From Nageia nagi (taxonomy: Eukaryota; Plantae; Pinophyta), in the NCBI GenBank assembly GCA_050084985.1, contig JBITNC010000001.1, forward strand, positions 179,738,001 to 179,802,000: a DNA stretch of 64,000 nt. Direction: 5' to 3'. Of this stretch, positions 1 to 13,134 are shown piece after piece. Position numbers and translations under genes: made by a program. Under the pieces are notes generated by a model. The model was not told the DNA's origin and did not search any database. It worked only from the letters and a program-made list of their open reading frames with translations. How positions within the stretch are numbered: the stretch's first letter is position 1; each line of letters begins with the position of its first letter.

Positions 1-34
1 TATGTGCATACTCTATTTTTTTTTTATCAATCTA

Positions 35-116
35 GCACTATTCAATTATCCATATGTGAGGAACTCTTATGTGTCCTTTGGCACTATTCAGTTATTTATA
101 TGTGAAGAACTCATAT
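35..116. repeat. Degenerate ~45-bp tandem duplication
   Basis: gcactattcaattatccatatgtgaggaactcttatg (35-71) vs gcactattcagttatttatatgtgaagaactcatatg (80-116). Confidence 0.6.
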
Positions 117-584
117 GCACATGCTCTATTTTGTAATGATAATCAACACATGTTTTATATACAGTAGGTGACTATAAGTTTTTAGTATGGCATCATCATG
201 ATAACTTATAGTGCACCATTAATCAGTTCATGATGGCATTTATGTGATTCATCTATCCTTTTTGATATGAGTATGATGCATCTAATTAATCTTTTTATTT
301 AATTTTCTTATGAATTGTAGGTTCCTTTGAGATTACAAGTTACTTACCTCATGTATGCAAGCTCTTGGAGACTCTTCATGACTTCCAGTTGGATGACTAC
401 TTCATGTACATTGAAATCGATTATGGTTAATGATTGTATTTGGCAAAGTAATGAGTCTCAAACTAGATCTTTCTTACTTCACAAATATGTAAACAATTCT
501 CATCTCCATTATATCTATTTGGAGGATAACTCTCTTACTTTCTCTTCTTCTTCTCTCTTACTTGCTTTATCCCAATATTGCATT

Positions 585-593
585 AAAGGGGGG
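585..593 (+). promoter_or_regulatory. Polypurine tract (AAAGGGGGG) directly before an LTR start
   Basis: cattAAAGGGGGG|TGTTGG junction, typical of a copia-type PPT/3' LTR boundary. Confidence 0.6.
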
Positions 594-1102
594 TGTTGGA
601 ATGTATAATGCATTATTGTAAAGGTTTGTATTGAATATTCTATGTAAATTCACTAATACTTAAGGGTATCATTTTATATCTTAAGTATTTAAATGAATAT
701 GATAATGTAATTTGTCCTACACTCCATGTCATGAGCATGCCCCTTGGGTAAAAGGATGTGCATGTTATGCTTTTGTACATTGGATAAAAGGGTGATCCAA
801 AGAGGGATTTTTGGCCTATAAATAGAAGGCTCCCTCTTTTTGATCATACACCAATTTGTGGACTAAAGTTATGCTATAGGATAGAAGTGTAGGAGTTGAT
901 ATTAAGAGAATTGTAAGAGAGTTGTATTTGTGATTGAAGTAAAGATCTAGTTAGTGGATGTACTCCTAGTTAAAGGAACCATTTTACATCTTGAGTTACT
1001 TTGTGAGATTATTTTATGTGTGAGTTTGTTAGATGTGAATTTCAGAGCTTTCATGTGATCTTGGTTGTTTAGGATTATTCTTGTTATAGTTCAATTCTCA
1101 CA
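594..1102 (+). mobile_element. Decayed 3' LTR (~510 bp) of a probable Ty1/copia element whose body lies to the left
   Basis: Starts TGTTG after the PPT; CCTATAAATA TATA box at 815-824; ends ...CTCACA exactly where similarity to the gypsy LTR family begins (ctatg at 1103). Confidence 0.5.
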
Positions 1103-1486
1103 CTATGAATAGAAGGGTTACACATTGGGCAAAGATGTATAACATTATGGATGAGCATTCTATTGGGTGATACAATCCCAAGTAGAAAACCACAACATTG
1201 TGACTAAAATATCCATTGCATAGTTCATGGATGGAAATGGTGGGGTCACCTATGTGACATATTCCAATAGGTGAGCATGGAGAAGTGAATATCATAAATT
1301 TTATGATTTGGGTTAGTTAATATACATTTGACTAATTCTACTATGTGGGTACTAACTAGCTAACATCATTGACATGCTCATGTGGATGGCCTTATCCATT
1401 TCTAGACCATTCAAATGATTAAATTAAATTAAAAAAGGTTTAAAATTTTAGGGTTTTGTGAAGTTGAGAATATGTAAAGTGCTACA
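1103..1486 (+). mobile_element. 3' end of an LTR of the same Tekay-like family as 13135-16805 and 30781-35829
   Basis: Colinear with 16421-16805 (aagggttacacattggg ... ggggtcacctatgtg ... attgacatgctca ... ttttagggtttt ... gctaca). Confidence 0.8.
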
Positions 1487-2099
1487 CTTTGGTTAACTAT
1501 TTAGTGAGCCTAGTTGTAGCAGAAGCAACCATAGATAGAAACTAAAATATTAGGTTATTTCTATCCTACTATAGTAGGAGGATTATATCAACATTTTTTT
1601 TTAATTTTTGCTAGGATATATGGGGATACAAAGGTATATGAGACAACTACAATTTGCACATACTTCATCATCTATGCAATTGGATCATAGTGTGTAAAGA
1701 GTGTAGGAGTATCAATTTTAAAATTTGAAGTAGAAGCCTCCTATATGCTCAGAATGGGTGCATGATTCATTGGATTAAAATCATTTAACAATGAAATTAA
1801 TTACATAAGTTATCCTTGGAGAGAAACCAAAGTTATCCTGATAGGTGCTAGTTCTTGTACTAAGGTTGAAGAAGTGGCAATTGAAGTTGCAATATGCATT
1901 TACAATTAGAAAGATGGGGATTCCATATGGGTAGGCATTGCAAATGACATTGGGGTAATGGGAAAAACATATAATAATGGTGTTTTAGTAGAAATAATAG
2001 AAGATGATGTGATATATTTAAGCTAAGGAAAAGTATTAATTCCTACCAGAGCTTGTTAGGGAGTGATTGATGTAGTGGTTGTGGTAGAAAGAGATGATG

Positions 2100-3982
2100 A
2101 ATTTAAGAAGGAATTTTAATTGTAGTAGTGGGGGATTATTCAAAGCTCTTTCGTAGGTTCCATATATAAATCCTTTATCATTTTTTTTTAGGGAGAGGAT
2201 CATCTAATCTTACCTCAATATGATAGTTTACAACTCTAGAGGCTTCGAGACTAGGGGTTTTCTATGGTTGAGCCTTCTTCTGCTAAGCCTTATCCATTTC
2301 TTATGTAATCTCATGCTACCTTTTCTATGTTAATTCAATTATCATAAGGGAAGGAGGTTTATTCACATCAGAACTCTCTTCTTCCTCAAAGGTTAAAACT
2401 TGTTCCTCGTATTGCTCTTCATTATATTTCTTTGAAAATTCTTCATCATCAAAATCTATTGCATTGTACACATTTCCCTTCTTTGCTATGGAAATAAAAA
2501 AGGTTGTTTTGTTGGCATGATTCCATATTTTCTTTGTATTAAGATTTTTAGCATTAGCTTTGCCTAACTTATCCCTTATTTTATCATAATTAAATTTATT
2601 TATGAAGAAAGTACTCCATAAAGCATCCTTGGAAGAGGTATCTTAAATGACCATCTACTTCATGTCCAGATTAAATAACTAGTCTAGAATGACTTGTTTG
2701 TTTGAAGGATTCTTGAAACTCTTGAACCACTCATATCTATATGTATGAAAAGTGATATGGTTCCCTTGATTGTTAATTTTCAAATGATCCTCCATAATGC
2801 CATATAAATCATAATGATAGGCTACATTTATAGTGATCAAGCCCAATTTTACTAGTATTTATGTAATCTTGCTTCTTCTTTTACAACACAAAACCCTCAA
2901 AAGTTTGAAAGTTAAAAATGCTTGTTTACTTTTTTTACGAACCCAAAATTTTCATCTATCTCATCCAAATACCTAGAAAACTCAATTTTAAATAACCTAT
3001 ATAATACATAATATGGGAGCTAATACATTTTTCTGATGAATCCATACATCATCAAATAATAACCTCCCAATTCCAAATTAGGCATATTGATCTTATTCAT
3101 GATTTGTTGGTTAAATTTGGGAATGAATTTCCCCTCAATAAATGTTAAGGCAAGGAAAATGAAATTTTCCACAAATAGGTAGTAGGAGGAGGAAGACCTC
3201 AACTCAATAGTACAATAGTCCATAGATAAAGGGTTTCCTTATTCATCTTATTTTTGAGTAGGGATATTTGGTAAATAGTCTACATTTGCATAATAGAAAA
3301 GCCATATAATAATTTCCATATAAGAAAAACTCTTTAAATATTTTAGATTACTAAAGGCATCAAAAATTTGGTGGGAGAGGAATAATGGCCAATCAATGTA
3401 GATAGGGTTTTTCTCATGATAGATTGCACAAGCAATGGCTATTTGTTTAACTATGATATCTTTGTTAGATTCATAGCTAAAGAGCATGAATAAAGCATAG
3501 ATGAGGTTTTGTAAATGTTCCTTAAATGTCTAAATATATATAATACCAATGGGAAGAGTATTTATGGAAACACTTGCATGAATTTGGAGGAAGGGAAGGA
3601 AGTAAGGCTTATAATGATTAGCTTATTTTTCATGACTAAATTCATGCATGTTCTCCACACAGTAAAATTGGAACATATAGGCTATTCCCTTTGGGGAGAA
3701 TCCAAGTAGGAGTTGATAAATTATAACTATCATTTGAGTGGATTGGTCAACATATGAATCCAAGGCTAGTATAAGCTTGATTGTTGGGTGAGTACTATAG
3801 AGAGTGAATACCATAATACTTGTATAATATACAACTACATCTATGTGCCCAAAGGAAAAATGAGAGGACTTACCATCCATGGTTCTCTTTGGTTTATTGT
3901 CATATCCATGTAGGTTAGTATCTCTTATGCCTTGGTATAGATCAATAAATTGAATTTCAAAATTCTCCTCCTTTTGTATCAA
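2100..3982 (-). pseudogene. Decayed extra ORF downstream of integrase, same strand as pol
   Basis: Successive minus-strand fragments 3623-3982, 3248-3487 (IDWPLFLSHQIFDAFSNLK...FSYMEIIIWLF) and 3020-3223, followed by an acidic, low-complexity stretch (~2380-2460); identity inferred, not searched. Confidence 0.4.
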
Positions 3983-5072
3983 TTGAGTAGATTAGCTTTA
4001 TTCTTTGGATGATCTTTTACATTTGGATCCTATATAGAGAACAAAAGTAGAAGGTTATGCTTTAGAATTTGTCTATGGTTGTGTATCTCTCATATCCTCC
4101 ATTCTGTTGAACTTTCTCCACTTTATCAACTATTGCAAATTGAATTATGTTTTTTGGTATTTGTAGCTCTAAATTTCTCTAGAGGATTTGAAAATTTGAG
4201 ATAAAGTTGGCTCTATAAGGTGCTATACTCTAGATACTTAGATAAAATGATAGAAATAAAATCTATGAACTACTTTTATGGCCATTAGTTGATATGATTT
4301 TATACTTAATGTTGGTTTATGCTGATACAACAATGTGAACTTGAGCCTTGTGCCAACATGGTTTGGAGTATGTTCACTTGTCATGAAATGAATGCATGCA
4401 AGTTGACCATATTAGCTATTTTTGATATTATCAAATATGATTTGGTGATGGGATGTAGCTATTATATCTATATCATATTTAAAATAATATTTATGGGGTC
4501 TAGAGATGCCTAGATGATTTCATCCTCCTTCATGATATGGATTTCCTCTACTCAATCATTGATGTGTATCATCTATGCAAAGACATATGGAAATACTACA
4601 TGGTATTCTTTGATAATGACTTTAGATGTTTCACTCTTTTGGACATAGAGCATAGTCATAGATTCTAAATATGAAATATGTGTATTAGGAATACATGTTT
4701 CTATCTTAGGATGATTCCAGAATTGACTCAAAAGGGAAACTAAGGCTAAATATAGATAGTAAATCTAGATATGCAAATATGATAAAACATAATATGGAAA
4801 GAACTTTGGATAGTATATATTTATGCAGATCATGGAGTTTTTATTCTAGATAAATAAATATAACTCTAGCTAAACCAAAGTAGGTTAGACTAAAAATATT
4901 ATTGTATATGCAAAGGAAACTATACCTTATACATCCTAACAACTTGCAAGACTGGTAATGTTATTGTATATGCAGATGGTATAAAAATTGTATATACTTA
5001 GGCAATTCTAGGAAATACACAATTATATACACCTAATTATATTACAAAATCATAGATCCTTAATCTATGGTC

Positions 5073-8000
5073 TTACTTCCTTCTTGGAAAATGCTTGAGA
5101 TGTTGGCTATTAAACTGAATGGGCATGACATATCCATCCATGTGGGTTAATTGGTATGCATTAAACTTATTGTATTCAAAAATAATATATATTTCTTTCC
5201 ATAAGGACTCAAATTTCTTTTGTTTACCTAGTTTGGAATTATCCTCATTCCATTTTAACACCAAGTCTCCCTTTTTGAACTGAATGTGAGGCATTTTTAT
5301 TATCAAATTAGGTCTTAATAATAAACTTCTTTTTCTAAAAGCTTCAAAAGCTTTGTCCCTATGTTCTCCTAACTTGATCAACTACATATATTTGCATTGT
5401 AATAATTCGAAGAAACACAATTCATTTTCTATCAAAATTTCTAGTGGAGGAATCTATAGATGCATGGGTAAGATAGCTCTCTTCCCATAATTAATGTATA
5501 AGGAAATGTTTTAATAGATTCTCTTACACATATTCTATCAACCTAGAGTGCAAAGTTCAATTTTAAATGTCATTCTCTTGAATTATCTTCCATTATTCTC
5601 TTGATATTTATGATATGTTCTTATTAGTGGACTCAACTAAGCCATTTACATGTGGATAATAATTAGAATAAGTTTCCCAAATTATAATATACATCATGGA
5701 AGAATTGAGTATATTTGCTCCAATAAAAGCATATCCATTATCAGAATCTATTATAGCTAGAATCCCAAATCTTGTAATTAACTTCTCCAAAAATGTCAAA
5801 ATAATTTCTTTATCTGCATTGTTTAAAAAAATAACTTCTACCCATCTACTAAAGTAATTAGTAGCAATAAGTATATATATAATATAATAATTAGAGTTGA
5901 TAACTCCTATAAATAAATATCCCATTGCTGAAATGGCCCTTCAATGACTACCAGTTTAAAAGGCATAGTAACACTTCTTCTTTTGCCAACAAATCTTAGA
6001 CACTTTTCACATAGTTTGATGAGAATCCTTACATATATTAGGCTAGTAGTAATCCACTTGAATAAGTTATGTAATCATTATATTTTTTGACATAATGGCA
6101 ACCCAAAAATACTAAATGAAATTCTTTGAGAATAATTGGAACATTAGAAGGGTGAATACAAGTAAGGAGTACTCCATCATAGTTTCTTATGTAGAGTTTA
6201 TTCTAAATAACTATATAATTAACTAATTGGATTATAAGACTTATTATTTAGGTGGAATTCAAGTTATTAAGAAAATTACTTATTTTGAAATACTTGAATA
6301 GTTCTATTATCCATGGCATCTTGAACTTAGACATAAATTCATTTTCCTCATCATTCTATTAGAAATACACTTGAATGATATCAAAAGTAGAGATACAATT
6401 ATCATCAATTGTAGAGGAAGTATATGAATTCAATATAGTAGTGATGTATTGACACAATGCTCTTTCTTGAGCTTATTTTGTTGGTTTGACCTCTACATCA
6501 AACTCTATTATCTTATTGGTCTATTTAGCTTTCTCTCCATAGAATTCTTTTTGTATTATGAAATTCTATATATCTAGGTAAATGGTATAAACAAGTATTC
6601 TAATATGAGAGAGAAAGTGTCTAAATATTTTGAGGGCTCTCATGATAACAAAGACTTATTTTTCAATAAATGTGTATCTAGTTTTTGCATCATACAAGGT
6701 TTTGCTATAAAAAGAGATAGATGTTCATTTTCATTTTAATCCTTTTGAGTTAGGACTATAACAATACTTTTATCCTAAATATGTATAAAATGAATTATTT
6801 TTATTAAATTTTAGATTCTTCAACATAAGAGTGGTGAGGATGGCCTATTTAATATTATTGAATGATTCCCTAGCCTCAAATGTCCATAGGAATACCACAT
6901 CCTTTTTAAGCATGTATGAAATTGGCCTAGTGATTTGGGAAAATTCATGAATGAACTTTCTAATAAAGTTAATATGACCAAGAAAGGACTACAAGGCCTT
7001 TGTTTTGGAAGGAAAAGGAATATTTATTATAGCCAACAGTCTTTCTAGTTCTATGGCCATCCCTTGCTTAGAGATAAAATGGCCTAACAACTCACCCTAT
7101 TTGATAATAAATATAGAATTTTTGGCATTCAATGATATCCCAAAAGCTCTACATTTTTCAAATATTTCTATGAGATGTCCCAAATGATCCCTTCTATCCT
7201 TTGAAAAAATAGTGATATCATCTAGGTATACTAGAATTATTTTATTAATAAGTGGACCAAAAGCATGGTCCATTTCTCTTTGAAAAGCAGCTCCAACATT
7301 TGAAAGGCTAAAAGAAATCCTTTTGAAAGAAATAGTACTCCATTTGGTGTAAATGCAATTTTATGTTGATCATTATCTTCAACCCATATATGATTGAAAC
7401 TCAAGAATCTATCTATCAAACAATAACACTCTACTCCTAACATAGTATGGAGAATCTAATCTATTAAAGGGAATGTATAATGATCCTTTAATGAGGCTTG
7501 GTTAATATTTCTAAAATCAACACATAGGAAAATCTCTCCACTCTTTTAGTAGACTAGTACCAAGTTAGAGACCCAAGTTGTATTTTTGATAGCATAGATG
7601 ATACCCACATCCAACAACTTAATCAACTCTTATTTCATCATTGCCTCTATCCTTGGATTAACTACCCTTTAATTTTATCTAAATGGGACAGTATCCTTCA
7701 TTAGCTTGAATAAATGTTGGATTACATCCATGTTATATGTCTTGAGATCTTGGTAATTTCATGCAATTATATCTTGAACTTGTTTTGATAAGAGAATCAT
7801 ATCCTTGATCTCATGTGGAGCTACATCTATCCCAATCTTCACCCTTTTATTATGGAGGACCTCAATTTCATGGTAAGTTTCTATATGTTCATTGCATAAA
7901 GTAGTTCTAAATCGATACTCTTTATCAAAGGATTGCTCAATGGATATCGGGGCTTTTGGGATAAAGTTATTTTTTAGTTGAATAATATTCTTATTATGGA

Positions 8001-10760
8001 GGTTATTTATTATAGTTTCTTCATTTTAGGAGTAAACAAAATGCTAGACAAATTGATTAATTTGTTCATTACAATCAAAGACCTTCCAATGATAATCTTT
8101 TTTTGGGTAATGATGGCCTAAACACTAACTTAATATCCTTATTAATATTTGTATTAGCAACAACATTATAATTAGCTACCTTAAATACCAATTGATCTAC
8201 TAAGGTGTTGTGACATCTTCTTACTTCTATAAAATTCAATGCAAGAAAATCCTATGAAAGGTATTTCACTCTATTTTTATGCTTTTAGGTAATGATGCTT
8301 GACTATGCATTTATTGGTAACTTAGTTTATGATCAATTTTGAGTTTCCAATTATTAATAAGAAATTGATAAATTTATTCCTAATCTTATAGATTTAGATA
8401 AGCTAAGGAAAAATTATTTATATTTAAGTACATTATTTGTACAAGTCCATGTTAGCTTGTAGGAGAATCTCTTAGATGGTTTTGATAGGGATTGAAAAAC
8501 CACAACACCTCTAGCACCATTTTTACATTTTGCACCATCAAATTGCATTATTTATAACTCTTTTTATTTATGTTCCAACTGGGTAACTATAGGAATGATA
8601 TAGTATTGTTAAAGGATACAATATATTCCCATATCTACATCCCTCATTTGTTCTATCATTTGAATAGACTAGTCAACTTCCTTATATCTCTAACTAGGAA
8701 AGTCATTATATAACCCTTCTTCATCTTCTAAGAGATTGATGTTGATCTAATCCAATTTATCCAAATGATAAGGAGAAGTTATTTGATTATAAATCCTTAT
8801 TTTTCTTTCTTCATATGGAACAACCATGTAGGTTAGCTTATTTGCAAGGTATCCACCTATTTTTTCCATGAACTCTCTTGATAGACATAGGCCAAACAAA
8901 AGGGGTAAATCTACCACTACAATTTCTTAAGGAAAAGATAATTGTAGTAGTTTATGCAATGAAATGGAAACATCATTTTTTTCCACTATAGTTTTGAAAA
9001 TACTACCATCTAACTAAAGGAAAATATGTGTTTCTAGTATAATTTAAACTCATAACCTCACAAACAATGTTTTACATTACAAAGGTATTAGCTCTAATAT
9101 TTAACAAAAACTTATAGACAAGCCAACCCTCCATTCCCAAATAAATGTAAAATGGAGCAAGATTATTTTTTTCCATTACCAATTTTTTTTAACTAAGCTA
9201 ATGAAATTATTAGAGTTTTAGAAGTTAACATCCTAGTTTTCAATTATTCTTTTAATAAGTCTAATTGACCAGGTATTAAGAATGCATCAAACATAAATTC
9301 TCTTAAAGGTACCTTCTTCATCTCATTTATAATATTGAAGAGGTACTTAGTTTGAGGCCTAACTTCATATTATGGTTGATATCTCCTTTAATATTGATAA
9401 GAAGACTCCTCTCTTTATGTATGAGTGACTAAAGGCAATCTAAACCTTCTAGCAACAAGTTCCATCTCATTCTCATATCTGGGTGGTAGAGTCCTTGGTC
9501 ATAGAATATCATGCATAATAGAGCTCTCTTTAGATGATGTTAAAGTGGATGATACAAGGGAGTCTTCTCTTCTTGCAATAGAAGGAACCTTTATTTTTCT
9601 TAGTGGAGGTTCATCCCTTTTGTTATTCTCTGAATTTGCTTATCTTGTAGATCTTGTCTCAACTTGAAAGATAACATCATGAGGAATAGAATTCATACCT
9701 AAAATATTAGTAACTTCTCCATTGGTCATGATTTATTTGGCTTTTTGGAAGCCAATTGCTTATATTCTTTGGCCAACTTACAATGATGAATATAAATTAC
9801 ATAGGTTTTTGGAATATGAGGGTCATTGCAAAATAAACATCAATAGTTAGGTTTTTGTAGTTTGGTCTATCATGTTTCTAGCCACTAAATAATTTCTCAA
9901 AGAAGATACCAAATATTTTTATATAGAAGGCATTCTTCTCTAATTATCAAGCTCATATCTCTCATATCTTCTTTCTAGACTAGCTTTATCTCTTAATAAG
10001 AGCTTGTTCTGCATATCTCTCACTATAGCCTTCAACTCTTATATCTCAAAGGTTTCAAAAGAAATACTAGTAGGATATATTTCTCTCTATGGAATGGGTG
10101 CTAACATAGTTCAGGTTAATACAAGAGATTTTGAATGAGATGTTATTTTAGTAAAAAGAGGTAGGATAATACTTATGGCTAGCTTTCCCATAGCTATCAA
10201 ATCATACTCAAATTTAATAGCCACTCTATATATATTTGGAAAGTTTTTCAAGTTTTCATTCTTGATTTTATGGACTAAATTTAGTGAAAAAGCTTACAAA
10301 TAATACATATAATCCTAGGAGTCATGTGGTATTAAAGATATAGGGACTCTAGCCCATTAATTTTTGAATTTGACATTGAAATCAATGACATATTCTTGAT
10401 TATTCCTCTTGATAAAGGTAAATTAAGTGAGAAAATAAATTAGGTCAATAACTTCAAATTCATTGATGTATACTCCAACAATATCAACCCATGAATGATA
10501 GATGCATCCGAGAAGGATCTATACTAGTTCACTACCTTTTCTTTGAAAGACATAGCCAACAACTAGACCAAAATATCTTCAGATGTAATATCATGGTTCC
10601 TGGCCTGATTAGGGAAATATTTATAGTGTTCAAAAGAATATATGTTATTATCCTTACCATAAAAATTAGGATTATTCTTGACCACCACTTAATGTATTAC
10701 AACATTAGTGGCCAAATTTAGGGGATATCCACCATTGAATGGTGGAAAATTGGGTTGAAT
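5073..10760 (-). pseudogene. Decayed gag-pol of the Tat-like element (many stops and frameshifts)
   Basis: Motif remnants in order gag ~10750-9700, PR ~9200-8800, aRH ~8560-8130, RT ~7800-6950, RH ~6830-6450, INT ~6200-5073. Confidence 0.75.
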
Positions 10761-11071
10761 TACTTAAGCAATCATTATAATCATATGAGGAGGATTAATT
10801 CAATGAGGAAGTAATAGAGTTATAGTGATAATATCTATAAACTAATAAAATTCAAGGATATTAAGTAATGGTTGCTTCCTAGGTCTCCTTCTAGAATCTA
10901 ATTCTAGAAATATAGGATGTTCTCCTAACTCTCTTTCTCTTCTCCTTGTTAGCATAAAATTCGTGAGGAGCTAAAAAGAAAATAGGGAAGAAAGTATAAT
11001 AATATAATTCTTACACTTAATATAAAATATATCTTGTAATCATAAGAGGTTAATTTTTTTGGAATCTTTGA

Positions 11072-11085
11072 TAGTAGAGTTGCCA
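11072..11085 (-). promoter_or_regulatory. Degenerate primer-binding site of the Tat-like element
   Basis: Minus strand reads ...ACATACA ttat TGGCAACTCTACTA, resembling TGGCGACTC-type PBSs of Tat/Ogre elements after CG deamination. Confidence 0.5.
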
Positions 11086-11089
11086 ATAA

Positions 11090-13130
11090 TGTATGTAAAA
11101 ACTTTATGAATTTCAAACTAGTAGGTCGAAGTCCTACCTAAAATCCCTAGATAAAGTTTACTATTGATTGACCTAATGTAATGGATGAATTATTCTTGTT
11201 TAACTAACATAAGTCTTATATGCAAGATAAAAATTGGTTGTAAATTGATCATGAAGGTTGGCTCTTTATCTATTAGGCTTTTGAGTTTAAGGGATAGAAA
11301 GATAAGAATTAGAAATGTATAAGGCTAAAGAAGGTTAACTAGTACCACTACAAGCATCAAAGGATTTTTGATCCTTTGTACAAATAATGTTCAAATTTCA
11401 TAGTCATAGGTAGTCCTATCTATTTGCATTAGTAAAATGACTATAATACCTAATAGTCACAATCAAATCCATGCATGAATTCCTTCCTAGGAGGTGTGCA
11501 ACTATTAGCAACAAACCTAGAGAGATAAAGATTTCATACACAACCTAAGAGGGAAAATAGTATGAGTTCATCATCCCAAAATACATATAATAATTTTTAG
11601 AGGGTAATATTTAACATAAATATCTAATCTTTTATTTAGCAGAGGTCAATTGTATTTATAGAAAATTTTACAAGACCCAATATGGCTTTCCTACCAACTA
11701 AATTAATTACAAATTGTGAGTTATATACGTTCATTGATTACAAAATAAGACCTATAAATATTTTGATAGATATTTACATATTCTAGGTATCAAATATTGA
11801 ACAAATCAAATTGATTCATTACAAAATGATAAGATTTCCCCTATATTATTGATCTAAATGTACAAGTCTTATCCTAAAGTATTTTATTATAAATTCCTCT
11901 ATTATCATGCTATCAAATGATATCTAATTTATGTTAGGGTTTGCTCTTAGAAAATCATGTATTTGTAGTTGTATTCTCTTTGTATTTTATTTCCTTTAGA
12001 GTTATTATAACATGGTTTGATCATGTTTGATCCTTTCCTTTGATCATACTTTCTTCAAAAGTGTAGTTGTAGGAATTATTATGTCAATCCTAGTCTAACT
12101 ATCCAATTATGTACTTCAAATCTAGTTAGTTGATCATCTGATAAACTTATCCCTTCATATTTTGATGCTAATTTAACATACAAGATAATTTGATGGTTTG
12201 AAGCTATTATAGAGTTGATTATTGAGTTTAGAGTGAATTTGTATCCTTCTTGATAAAATTTGCATCAATTCCAATTGTTGAAGATAATTTTGTAGTGTAT
12301 TCTATAACAATTTGTAATGCATAGCTAATGTAAGCACCTTATAGAGTACAAATTGAGTCTCTTAGGATATGTGGTAGCTTTCTAGGCCTCCTTTATGTAT
12401 TGGATTTGGATGATTTGAGGTGGATGATCTAAGGTGCAAAGTCCTTGAAGATATAATTACAATTCTGGATTATAGAGAGACATGTGGTAGCATGTGATAG
12501 GGTATTGAAGTGTACACCTTATGTTAAATGATTTCATATTATGAAGTGAGATTTTTAATGAATTTAGGGTGTTAATATACCATGATGATGTAAGCCTCCT
12601 TTGAGGTGCATATTTGCTTATTTTTCTTACTTTTCTTAAGTACAGAGATAACATTGTGATGTCATCTTCTTTTGGAGTATGGATTTTCTATTATTTGAGC
12701 ATAAATTTTCTTAGATACTTTACATTGTAGAATAGGTTTATGATGTCATAGGAATTCAAATTTGGATGTTGGCTGATTTAGAATGCGTAATAGACCAAAC
12801 TCCTTCATTCTAGGGTCAGGAGGTATGCCAATGATGTCACTATTTGTGGAATGCATATTATGCCTAAGTTACATTCAAAACTTGTAGATAAGCAAAAAGT
12901 AAGGAAATAATATCTGAATTGGTGAATATGAGTGTAGATTGAGAGATTTTAAATATCTAATATTTAAAATTATAAATTATACTAATGCATCATGGATTGA
13001 TCATAAATTTAAACAAGATATTCATCCTTAAAAGAAATAAATGAAATTAAAGCATAATCATAGTCATACACAACATTAGAGCCTAAAAAAATACAATCAT
13101 CTGATTTTTAAATTAAAAATATTGTGTACA
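11090..13130 (-). mobile_element. Probable 5' LTR of the Tat-like element
   Basis: TG at 11090 adjacent to the PBS; ...TGTACA at 13130 just before host-LTR similarity resumes; no second copy in the window to confirm. Confidence 0.4.
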
Positions 13131-13134
13131 AAAT

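Larger units (their letters stand above)
1487..13130 (-). mobile_element. Heavily decayed Ty3/gypsy non-chromovirus Tat-like element (GAG-PR-aRH-RT-RH-INT plus a long 3' region); 3' LTR not in window
   Basis: Minus-strand remnants: aRH MQFDGAKCKNGARG (~8500-8547), CTNNV (~8430), IGNSKLII (~8340); RT CVDFRNIN (~7501-7524) and YLDDIT (7211-7228); INT YYPHVNGLVESTNK (ORF 5608-5925); INT C-terminus (ORF 5073-5381); PBS-like site at 11072-11085. Outer boundaries approximate. Confidence 0.75.
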
